Of a DNA stretch of 42,788 bases, positions 11,311 to 22,503 are shown piece by piece; within the stretch, counting starts at the first letter, position 1; each line of letters starts with the position of its first letter. This stretch comes from Folioceros fuciformis. Lineage: Eukaryota. The notes under the pieces are model-generated. The model had not been told where the DNA came from and did no database searches. It saw only the letters and a list, made by a program, of their open reading frames with translations. The position numbers were made by a program, and so were the translations under genes. The stretch covers positions 27,473 to 70,260 of the forward strand of contig JBNGIO010006129.1 of NCBI GenBank assembly GCA_049999805.1. Direction: 5' to 3'.

Positions 11311-12988
11311 ATGGAGAAGAAGGATGAATCCGAGTACTCGACCTACGACGAGCACAAGGACCCGGAGAAGGGCAATCTGCAGCAGCATTTCGGTGTGGAG
11401 AAGGTCGGCAAGGACGTGAACTACGTGCAGCCGCGCTTCTCGAATGAACCGGCCCCCGACAGAACGGTTCTATTCAGGTTTCACCGCCTTCACTGCAGCT
11501 GTTGTTTTGGGTGATTTTGGGTTCAGATGGGTTGTGGATTGACGGGAGCTGTGTGGCAGTGTTTCGTCTGCGGTGGCGTATGCCTCTGCGTCTCTGGCCA
11601 TGGTGTTCATCAACAAGGCTGTGCTTATGGAGTATCCGTACACAATTACCCTGCTTGTATTGCAAGTGAGTGGCCGCGCTTGTCTTGAACTCGGCGGGCA
11701 TGAGCTTTGGGTGGGTTTCCTGAGCTGTGGCTGTTGTGGGATTGTACAGCAAGTGACGACGGCTGCCCTTATTCCTGCTGCTGCCTTTGCCGGTATCATT
11801 TTTGTGCGACCTATGGACTTGTCGACTGCTAGGAAGCTACTCCCTCTCTCCTTGCTCTATAATGCCAACGTGGCATTCGCACTCGCGAGCCTCAAGGGTG
11901 TTAACATACCCATGTATGTTGCTCTCAAACGATTGACGCCCATCGGGGTGCTCATGGCTGGCTGCTTCACGGGCACCAAGAGACCTTCCTTCCAGGTTCG
12001 AACCTCATCTGAAACCGTGGACGAAACTTCATCTGTGGCTGCCCACCAGACGTTTGCCTCTTCCTCGTATTATTCACCCCAACGTCGTTCTGGTAACAGG
12101 TGACTCTTGCTGTGGTGATGACGGGTCTGGGGGTCATCGTAGCAGCCTTCGGCGACTTCAGCTTTGACCTGACTGGCTACTCCATGGGCCTCAGCTCGGT
12201 CTTCTTTCAGGTTTCGTAGCATGCGTCTGGCATAGATCTCGGGTATTGTCGTGTTTGGCACGTGAAACCTATCGCTGTTCCTGGGGCCAACACTCGTGTC
12301 CTGCCTGCAGACCGTCTATCTGCTGCTAGTGGAGAAATCTGGCGGTGAGAAGGGTTTGTCGTCAACAGAGCTCATGCTCTACAACGCTGTGCTCTCTCTT
12401 CCTTTTCTTGTGTTGTACATTCTACTCACCGGGGAGGTCAATGTGTCTGTACCTCTGCTTCTTTCAAAGGTTGGCACTCTTCTATTAGTATCGCTCTTTC
12501 TTCTTGTGTTGTATCGAAATGAATTGCTCTTAACTCATGTGCCGTCGCTTCTTGCCCTGGCAGGTGGCAGAATCCACATCGTTTTTTATTGTAGTGACCT
12601 CCTCCCTTTTCATGGGTGTGGTTCTCAATTTCACAATGTTCCTCTGCACGATCGTAAATTCTGCGCTCACCACAACCATTGTCGGCATGCTGAAGGGAGC
12701 TGTCTCAACGGTGACTACCCCATCTACCTGAGCTGGTGTTCCATCAGGCTGGCCCGCTTGCTTTTCTGCTTTTCTAATGCTACGTGCTAACTTTTTCAGG
12801 TTTTAGGTTTCTTCCTGCTGGGAGGGGTTCCGGTCACAAGTCTCAACGTTGCTGGGCTGGTCATCAACACATGCGGGGGTTTATGGTACTCCGCTGCCAA
12901 GTATCTTGAGAAGCAGAAAAGAAAGCAGCAGAGTTCACCGACTGATGAACAACAACCTTTGGTACCGAGTCCTGTGTCTTCTTACTAG
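11311..12988 (+). CDS. UTR7: Nucleotide-sugar transporter, UDP-Gal/UDP-Glc transporter 7-like
   Basis: Exons 11311-11477, 11560-11665, 11750-11995, 12100-12210, 12311-12469, 12564-12710, 12800-12988. Motifs AMVFINKAVL, YNANVAFALASLKGVNIPMYVALKRLTP, LNFTMFLCTIVNSALTTTIVGMLKG. Confidence 0.92.
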
Positions 12989-14452
12989 CTCTCGTCTGCC
13001 CTCTGAATTGTTGAGGCATTCACTGTTAGTCAACTGTTAGCTTGCTGTGTGAGACCTACGTGGATCGCCTGAAGAACATTTTTCAGGGGACCCGTGTGAA
13101 ATGGGGGATTGCTTTTCTTTAGGATTGAATGAAAAGGAACTCTTCGAGTCTCCTCAACAATGGGTAAAGTGGTGTGCAGGTGCAGAAGCGACCTCTGATC
13201 AAGAGAATCAGGAAGGGACGGGACATACTGATTCACGTCCTTGCGTTTTGTATTGAAGAAATTCAGTATCTGACCCGCGGCTGGAAAAGCAAATTGTAAT
13301 ATCCTGGTTTTTGGGCTCTTCTATCTGGGCGTCGGGGCACATCTTTCTAGTATCAGGTATCGGCATCGGGAAGGGTTGACGGGTTGTAGCTGCATCAGCT
13401 GGCTACCTCCTCTGTAATATTTCTGTTGTAGAAGAAAACAGCCTGGGTAGAGAACGGATACGTCCCCGCTGCGAGCTATCCGTGAACCCAGATCACTCTG
13501 GTTATCGAGAGCAAGCTTGATAACTGGATGTTGCAGGCATCTGAAGGATATATGGACTAGAGATTTTCACGAAACACTCGATGTCTCGTGTGGCAAATAC
13601 CACAGAGGCAACAGCTCGCGCCTGGAGCTGTGATTACCCTTCCTGTGCAGGAAGTGTAGGGAGGGGAGGGGAGGTTACAGAAATAAACACGTATTACACA
13701 CGGTTCCACGATGGGTATCAGATAGTTGGACGATCATCTATTGTTCTCTGTTGGTGAGATGAGAAAGTGACTCTCGCTCTTCTTTGGAGTACATGGTACT
13801 GTGTAGGGGCGTGCCACTTCATGGGATTCCTCAAACCTGCGATCTTAGCACAAAATCCTTCGTCTCTTTCCTCGGTTCGCGACCGCTAGTAGAGATGCGA
13901 TCGTCGTGCAACATCTTGAAATCGGAACCTCAGAATAAAACATGCAAGTCAATATGCTCAAAATCAAGTCGACATTGGCCATGCGGGTCAGAGATCTAAG
14001 CTTTATGGTTTCCCATCTGAAGTAAAAAGAAGACTTTCCACCTTCCTTCCTTCCTTCAGGGAATTTCCATGAAGCTTCTCTTAAAGTTCATGAAATCCAG
14101 GGCATCTGAAAATGAACTGTTCATGCCAAGTGTCAACACCGCTGCAGAGCACATTTACAGTATCAAAACAGCTCAAGAGCCTATCTACAGTGTCAACTCA
14201 GGTCGACGAGTACATGTAGTTGGTTAGTTTTCTGCGTCAAGGGGACTGCAGATGTGACCCAGCGAGTATGGTCCACCACAACAACCAAGAGTTATGGATC
14301 AGAGGTTTTATATCTCACAGGGTGCCAGCCATCCAGGCCAGTTCACAGGCATTTTTCATCCGCTAGCTGCAGCGATAGCGGATGAAAGGAACTTGCCTGA
14401 ACTGCAGTCTGTTTCCGTCCAGGCTATACGTATACTCGAACTACTTCGAGTC

Positions 14453-16499
14453 ATGACTGCAGCACGAGGTGAACCTGCGTGGCCTAGCGACGAGGAGGTT
14501 TTACAGGAAATTGAAGCTGTCAGCGAGGACGCAGCGACTGTCCAACAGCAACTCCTGCAAGGCATATTGGAGAAGCATCGCTCCTGCCGCTATCTACAAA
14601 ACCTGGGCTTGGATGAAAAGACTACATTGGAGACTTTCAAAGCCAGCGTGCCCCTTTCTAAGATTTCAGACAATCTTGATGATTTCGAGAAGCTCTTGGA
14701 CGGGAACACGGAACCTCTTCTGTGCTGCTCCCCTCCTATTGCATTTGTCAGGAGGTTGTCGGTTCCGCCACTGCTGCATAGATTTTTGCCATTTGGATTG
14801 CCCCTTTCTTTTAGAACTTATTAGAACAGCAGTTTGCCAACTTCCCGATCGCTCATGGTATCGTGCTTTGAATTCGTACAGTTCAGGGACTTCTGCTGGT
14901 AAAACGAAGTACTTTCCAGTGACCGAGGAATCCGCTCATGCTCAGGGCCTTCTACCGGCGCATCCATGGGCAATTAGACAAAGGTATGATCGCTCTCTAG
15001 CCTGCAACGTTGTGTCTGCACTACTTGTAACATTGTGAGACTGTTGAATGTGCAGCGGCTTCCCCAGCAAACTATCTCCTGGAGTAGGGAGGGCGGGACT
15101 TGTCTACACTGCAGGAAAGAGACAAGCCACCAAAGACGGTGCGAAGGCCAGCACAGTCCTAACAAGATTCCTGGACAGTGACGAATTTGAGTACTTTCAC
15201 AAGCACGTGGCCCACATCGCAAGCCCGATAGAAGTACTGCGAGCTGACGACGGCGGAGATGTTCCGATCGCTTGAGGCTTGGTGGCCAAGCCTGTGCAAT
15301 GACATCAAGACAGCAGATGTGAACAAGGACATTGTTACCGATTCTGTGATCAGAGAAGCAATCTTGTCTACGGTGAGTACATAATGATGTCCGCATGCCG
15401 AAAGTCCTTCACATTCAGCAGTCTTGGATCATGTAGGAGAGACCGTTACAGCCTTCACCTCTGACTTCCAAGTTGTTCAAGCTGCTAGGTGTTGTCCAAG
15501 CCGCTCCCAGATATTGCAGACCGTATTCAGCAGGAGTTGAACATGCAGCGGAATGGACTCGTGCTGCGCCTTTTTCCCAATCTCCAGTACCTAGTGTGTA
15601 TCGGCACGGGTCCCATGAAACCATTCTCTACTGTTCTTGATGGCTACACAAGCAAAGACTTCCTAAAGTTGGCACTTGGTTACGGCTGCTCCGAAGTGGG
15701 CCATTGCGCCTTCCCACTCCAGAAGACTCTCCACGATCCTGAACTCTTTTGCTTGTGGCCAAAGCTCGCCTTCTACGAGTTTCTTCCGGTAGCACAGGAT
15801 GAAGCAAGGGCTGACGATCTCGCGGGGGTGGCAGGGGCAGTGGAGTATCGAGAGGAGCAGACGCCTGTGGAGTTGACAGAAGTGAAGCTGGGCCAAAAGT
15901 ATGAGCTTCTTGTCACCACGTCAGCAGGATTGTACCGTTACCGCGCCGAAGATATCCTCTAGGTGATACACTTCCACAAGTCGCTCCCGATCTTCAAGTT
16001 TGTCTGCCGCAAGGGAGTGATGCTGAGCATCAATACCGATAAGACTGACGAAGCTGAGCTGCAGATTGTGGTGTCCAAGGCCTCTGAAAGGCTGGAAGAA
16101 GGGCTTGATCTCCCTCTTGCAAATTATGCCAGCTTTGCTAACCATTCCACTACTCCTGGTCATTATGTGGTCTACTGGGAGCTGGAAAACTACCCAGCGG
16201 CAAGCCCTCTTGATGCAAAACGAGTTTTGCAGGAATGCTGTGACGTACTGGACTCCTCGTTCAACGAGCCCTACCGACGAGGACGGAAAAACGGATCCAT
16301 CGGCCCTCTGGAGCTAAAACTCGTCAAGCAGGGAACATTCACCAATTCAAGAAACTATGCTGTGCAGCGAGGTTCCAGTCTCTCACAGTACAAGACTCCT
16401 TGCTGCGTGGTGAACCCCGCACTGTTGGAAATCCTGATGCAAGGGGTAGAAGTCTCCTTTCGGAGTTCCTTCACAGCTTGGGGACATATTCAGGCCTAA
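14453..16499 (+). pseudogene. GH3: GH3-family acyl-acid amido synthetase, disabled
   Basis: Exons 14453-14754, 14882-14983, 15056-15372, 15489-16499. Motifs SSGTSAG, YGCSE, YELLVTTSAGLYRYRAED, DKTDEAEL, PGHYVVYWEL, SIGPLELKLVKQGTF, QYKTP. Lesions: frameshifting deletion near 15252 and in-frame TAG at 15960-15962. Confidence 0.88.
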
Positions 16500-18486
16500 C
16501 AACAATTTAATGTTGATGGCGCGGGTCTTTGCAAGCGGCAAATTTGAAACCCTAAACCTGATCATCAAGAATGGGAAAAGGCCATACAGTCATAATAGGA
16601 TTCTCTCATTGATGAGAATGGCACTTCGAGAGTTAGCTAAATTACCTCCTGGCAGGAAAATGGTTTCATGCAAATAGGTATTTAAATTCAAAGTTAAAGC
16701 AGATGGCACATTTGACAGGTATAAGGCTAGACTTGTAGCAAGAGGTTTTTCACAAATTCCAGGTGTGGATTACTTGGACACTTATGCTCCTGTGGCCAAG
16801 CTACCAACCTTCCGAGCCATTTGTGCAATATCACCATATAAGAATTATGAGCTGTAGATGTTTGATGTCAAAACAACATTTTTGAATGGTAAGCTTGACA
16901 CATAGATTTATATGCAACAGCCTCCTGGTTTTGAAGTAGAGGGGAAGGAGGAATACATTTGTAAATTGAACAAAACCTTATATGGCTTGAAGCAGTCTCT
17001 GATGGCTTGGAATGGAGTGTTGGATGCTGAACTCTTAGCCTTTGATTTCACCAAGAGCCAAGCACATAGAAGCCTGTACATTTATAACAAGAATGATATT
17101 GTGTGTTATCTGGCAGTGTATGTAGATGATCTAATTCTGTTTAGTAACAATCTAGCTTCCATCACAACTATCGCAGACCTACTGCCCACAAAGTTTAAGA
17201 TGTCGAACCTTGGCCCTCTATAGAGTTGTCTTGGCATATATGTACAGCGCAACAGAAAAAAGCAAGTCATAACTCTTACACAACCAAGATACTTGCTATC
17301 TAGCATAGAGCAGCTAGGTCTAAAAGATGCAAAACAAAGTGCAACACCCTTACCTTCTGGTCTGAAGTCAAGCAATGAAATGTCACCTCAGACAGTTGTT
17401 GAAAAAGGAAAAATGGCTTTAGTTCCTTATAGACAAGTCATTGGTAAGTTGATTTATGCTGCTAATGCCACCCATCCAGAAGTAGCCTTTGCAACAAGCT
17501 CTCTCTCACAATTTCTTGAGAATCTTGGTCAAGAGCATTGACCATGTGCTAAAAGAGAGTTTAGATATTTGAAAGGAATTCTCAACAAAGCCATTAAGTA
17601 TTGCCACACCCCTGGACAGCACTTGAGCTTGAGGTCTACACTAACTCAGATTATGCTGGCAACATAGACAACAGAAAGTCAGTTTCTAGTTATGTTGTTA
17701 GTCTTGCTAGCGGGCCAATTTGCTGGATGAGTAAGAGCCCACAGTAGCACTCTCAAGTACAGAAGCTAAGTATAGGGTACTCGCAGCAGCAACAAAGGAA
17801 GTAATTTGGTGCACATTGCTGTTGAGTGAGATGGGTATAGTTTTTACCAACGTGCACAGTGATTCGCACATATAATCAAGGCTCGATGTTATTGGCTCAG
17901 AACCCTGTCTTCCATGCTAGAATAAAGCATGTAGAGGTAGAATACCACTTCATTCGTGACCTTGTCAAAGCTGGCAAAATCAATCTAGAATACATTCCAA
18001 CACAAGAGAATCCAGCAGATATTTTAGCTAAAGCTCTTGGAAAGGAGCTTCATGAAAGACATGAGTAGCAGTGGGTCCTAGCTACGACGGCTGAAGGAAG
18101 AGCTCTCTTCCTTAGAATAGTCATTCAAGAAAGAACCAGAGCCAATGTCAGATTCTCCTAATTGGGAACTGACTTCATCTGTTTTGGACGAATCTGGTGT
18201 TTTTTTTTTCGCGAAGGAAAAAATCTGATTATTCGCAGCCTAGGTTGCAACAAGGGTACAGAAGTTACACATGCAACTGAATGAAAAGTTAGCATGCAAG
18301 CTAATTCTATTCTGCAAAAACAAGTACACCTGATCTATCCTATGGGCGGGAGATACCTGGCCCTGATGGTGCTTACCTGCCCGAAGAGCAGGCATGGTCC
18401 CACTGGCCATTATGTCGAAGGAAGCCTGCTAGCTTCCACTCTTTCCTTCTGAACTTAGAGTGGGCGGAATTTTGCATGCTCCATGA

Positions 18487-18695
18487 TGTTACGATATATA
18501 ATCTGGGTTCAGGGTTATATATATATTTATATATACATAAGTAAACGTAGCTGTTGTTAGCAGCCTAAAGTTTAGGATTGTGAAGAGTCATGACTCTTAA
18601 CAATTTTGTATATAAGACATATCAGTGCTTAATTTAATCATCTTTCTTGGTTTTGGCAATTGAGTGAGCATGCGTTGCTCTCAAAAACTTTAACA
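18487..18695. mobile_element. Solo LTR (209 bp) inserted in the LINE
   Basis: TGTTA...TAACA termini flanked by 5-bp TSD CATGA (18482-18486 and 18696-18700); AT-rich. Confidence 0.85.
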
Positions 18696-21148
18696 CATGA
18701 CCACAAGAACCTATTCCCAAATGCGCCATAACACAGCTTTCCCAGAAGCCGGATTGTTCCCGCCATAGACCATTGCCGTCCAGTTTTGCCACAACAAGAA
18801 AAGAGACAAGGACCAAACCACTTCCCATCATTGGTACTGAAGTAGCGGCCCCCCGACTGCCCATCTAGCCCGAATAAGGCAGTTTGCTCGGTAACCAAGA
18901 TGGTCCTCTCAGGGAGAAGTCCCTGCAACCACCGGCCAACTTCGTTCCATATACCTTGCGCATAGCTGCACTGATAGAAAATATGTTGGCTTTCATGAGG
19001 GGTGCCAACATTGCATAGCCTGCAACATTCCTCCCCCGTAGCCACCAATAACTCGTCCCAACGGTCTACATTAGGCAAGCAAGCTTGAAAGAAACACCAG
19101 ATGGTAACCCTCACCTTGGGGGGATCCTTAAGGTCGACCACAAGAGTTTGATCGTGGCCCTCTGCCGACGCTAGGACAGCCTCAACCTAGGGGCCAATCG
19201 ACTTTGCCAAAGAGATTTTTGTATGCGTACCAGTCGGAGGAAAATGACAGTAGACGGAAAGTTGAAGAGTGACTTCGCGGTTGCCTGCTTACTTCCTAAG
19301 CTCCCAGGCCATGTATAGAGGTCGGAACACATCACTAACTCCCGGTTCTCCTTCAAGCGAAACCAACACCTTACTGGACTTTGTTGCCTTGCTCTTCCTG
19401 TGTAAGCTAGTGACCCGCTCGCCTAGCCCTGTAAAGCATAGTAATCCCTCTTAGGGCTACTCCACCGATCACTCCTTCCTCTCTACCTCTCTCCTCTAGA
19501 AACCCCGATGTATTGAGAGTCCTATAAGAGAGATTTCTTTTATCATCTGTTAGTGAAGACACAAGAACCGCTCTATCAAAGTTCGGTAGGGGTCCATCCA
19601 CCTCGTAGTCGGAACCACATGACCTATCTTCCATGGGGTAAGCCCCCCACATATTGATGCCCACTTAGGCCTGCTGTAATAGTGCTTGCTTCACCTCCTT
19701 TGCCATCCCTTCCTGTAGCCAAGAAAGCATTAGTCACAAATGTCGAATCGGAACCCCAAACTCATCTCGCGCCTCCTCTACTATTTTCCAGCCGTCCTCT
19801 ATTCGGTTCCACAAGTCGCCGAGTTGCACAATGCCTCTTCTACAGGACCGGTATACCCATGAAAGGAAGTCCTGTGACCACAACCCCTTAAAGCCTTGGA
19901 GAGGGAGGCCCAGCACATCATCCCTATTCCTAGGCTTGGCTAAGAGAAGGAAGGTTTTAACCTCCAAAAAGCTACGCCATATGGAGGCAAGGAGAGGAGA
20001 GCATTCCCTGGTGTCCAACAGGGGTCTATCTGCCAGTAGGTTGTCCATAGACCTCCGGCCTCGGGCAACCGCTTGAGTTTGCTGTAAGTGTTGGGTTAAC
20101 CAACTTTTCCAAGGGTATCCCATTGGGCCTGCTGCCTTCAGAACCCATTGCGCGTGTAGAACCTTCATTTTTCTCGTGAGGTCCACCAACCCAAGCCCAC
20201 CTCAACGCTGGCTCTGAATAATATGTTGCCACACCACCTTATGGGAAGAAGAGAGCAACTCCTTATACTTGCTCCATAAGAAGTTAGAAATAATCTGTTG
20301 CAATCTCCTCAAGTCTAGCTTGCTAGGAGCCCACAAGAAGAGATAGTATCACAAGGAAGCGGTCAAAATATGGTTTATGACCACAATTCTGCTTGCCAAA
20401 ATAAGATCCAAAAAACGTAAGCTGGTTGCCTTCCGGATGAGCCGGAGGCACACATATTTACCAATCTCTGCATTCTCATTCTCTTCCTGGAAAGGCAAGC
20501 CGAGGTACTTATGTGACGAGCCGGGCTAGACCCGCACTATATGCCTGATGCAGACGGGAAGCTCCCCCTGCATGTTTAATGCACAACATCCTAGTCTTAT
20601 TCCAGTTCACTCTACACCCGGATAGCTGCCCAAAAATTTGTTCCTGAGAGAGCAGGGTTGTTAAGGAAGTCGTATTTGCCGATGAGAAAAGCAAGGTGTC
20701 ATTAGCAAATGCTGAGATGCGCAACTGCAAGCCATCGGGATTCTGAATGCCTTCTATCCTTGAGTCATGCTTGACTTCTCTCAAGAGAAAGTCAGTGACA
20801 ATGACGAATAGGAATGGGGCCAGAGGGCAACCTTACCGAACTGACCGCGTAATAGCAAAGATGTCGGTAAAGGAGCCGTTGACAAAGACCATTGTGCCTT
20901 CATCCTCACAAAGAATTGCAATCCACCTCCAAAAGTTGTCACCAAGCCCAAAACTTCGCAGACATCTCTAGAGGAAGTGCCACTCAATAGAGTCATAAGC
21001 CTTGTAGAAATCTAAGGAAATGAACACTGCTGGTTTGTGTTGAGACAAAGCGTTATACTTAGCCTCACGCAAAATCAGCAGGTTGTCTAGAATACACCTG
21101 TTCTGGACGAAACCCCGTTGCTCCACCTCCAACCACTCGTCTAGAAAG

Positions 21149-21340
21149 TTAGAAGTACAGACCACGTTGGTTATGGTTAACTTAGCTAAATCCAGTGTGG
21201 TCATACCCTTTGGTATCTAATACCAAAGAGGTACAACTCTTCAAACACAGGCTATAAAAGCCCACCTCTTATAATCAATTTTATCAATTAGTAAAGCACT
21301 ATCTTTGATCAAAACGCTTCCGCAAAGCACTACAAACTCA
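21149..21340. mobile_element. ~190-bp insertion (solo-LTR-like or MITE-like) within LINE RT
   Basis: TSD GAAAG (21144-21148 / 21341-21345, or a 6-bp AGAAAG). Removal restores LINE frame ANKLKPFL-DEWLEVEQRGF. Ends in CA but begins TT. Confidence 0.75.
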
Positions 21341-21881
21341 GAAAGGGCTTGAGCTTGTTTGCTAAGACCTTAGCAATCACCTTGTAAGTCGTGGTTAGCA
21401 GGGTGATGGGTCGCCAATTAGCAATGGAGAGACTAGCATGTGTCACTTGTTTGGATCCATGAAGGATGCACACAAACAAGCTAAGACTAGCACAAAAGAA
21501 TAATAGAATTAATATCGGAAGTGTCCTTAAATACAAAATTGAAACGGTAGTAGTTAGACTGATTGGGTAATTAACCCGCGGGTTACTAAAACTAACCCTA
21601 ACGCTAACACTCCCACTTAACCCGCGTGGGTTAATGATATAGATACGGGTACAAGTAAGTAATACACTACGGATACGGATCAGCTACCACTTGAGGAGCC
21701 AAAGACTTCACGTGCATGCCAGGTCAAGCCCATGTAACAAGCATAAAAGCAGAATTCCAGCACCTCGTGACGAACGCTCCAAATTCCAGCATTGCGGCAT
21801 GAGCAGGATGAACGGTGTCTGGCTATAACAGGGATCTCCGCTATTGTGCTGTTCATAACCCTTGCGGTGGAGAGCGCAGTG

Positions 21882-22337
21882 ATGGCACCCAGAGAAGTGA
21901 AGTCGCCTCGACAGAAGCGTCCAAGGTCTCCTACAGCGCTTCAGGCTGGAAGCTCCAGCTTCTGTATGGACTGCGAGATTCCACCTAAGCCTGAGGAACC
22001 TGACACCAACGTCGACAAGGCGAGACAAGGGACGCCCAGACGAAGGAATGGGGACCCATCTTCTTCAACTGTTGACTCGACAGGAGACAAACCTTGGTAG
22101 CCCACACGCGCCGACTCAGACCTGCTATGGAACCTAGTGGAGACGCTGAAAACATGTCAAGAACTGAAGACCTTGCTGTTGGACGAGAGGGTGAAGACTG
22201 TGCAGCTTGAACGACAGCTAACTCAACGAAGCAACAACGACGGTGAAGACACCCTTGACCAAGGACGAAGTCAAGGCTGTGCAGGAAAGACTGAAGAACT
22301 TAAAAAACATTTGTGCCTCCCAGCTGATGACGACTAA
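21882..22337 (+). pseudogene. Antisense accessory ORF of the inner copia, with one internal TAG
   Basis: ORFs 21792-22100 and 22137-22337 are in the same frame, separated by a single TAG (22098-22100). Basic KSPRQKRPRSP motif followed by a coiled-coil-like segment. Confidence 0.5.
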
Positions 22338-22503
22338 AGGTAGGCATCTGTCACACACTCAGCAGGCTACCCACGTTTGAATAGATTCGATGAAGCTTCG
22401 TCCACTGAGTAACCTCCAGAGAAACAGCTTGTCTGCAGAACTGTCGTAAGCCCCGAGCACTGTAATGTGGACATCATGAACCAGACAAGCAATCATGTGT
22501 GTT

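Noticed and set aside
14294-14452. N-terminal extension of GH3 from ATG 14294
   Set aside because: GH3 similarity starts near ATG 14453; the upstream part may be UTR or intron and cannot be supported.
15960-15962. GH3 in-frame TAG as read-through or U-to-C RNA-editing site
   Set aside because: An independent frameshift deletion lies upstream, and U-to-C editing is organellar; simple pseudogenisation explains it.
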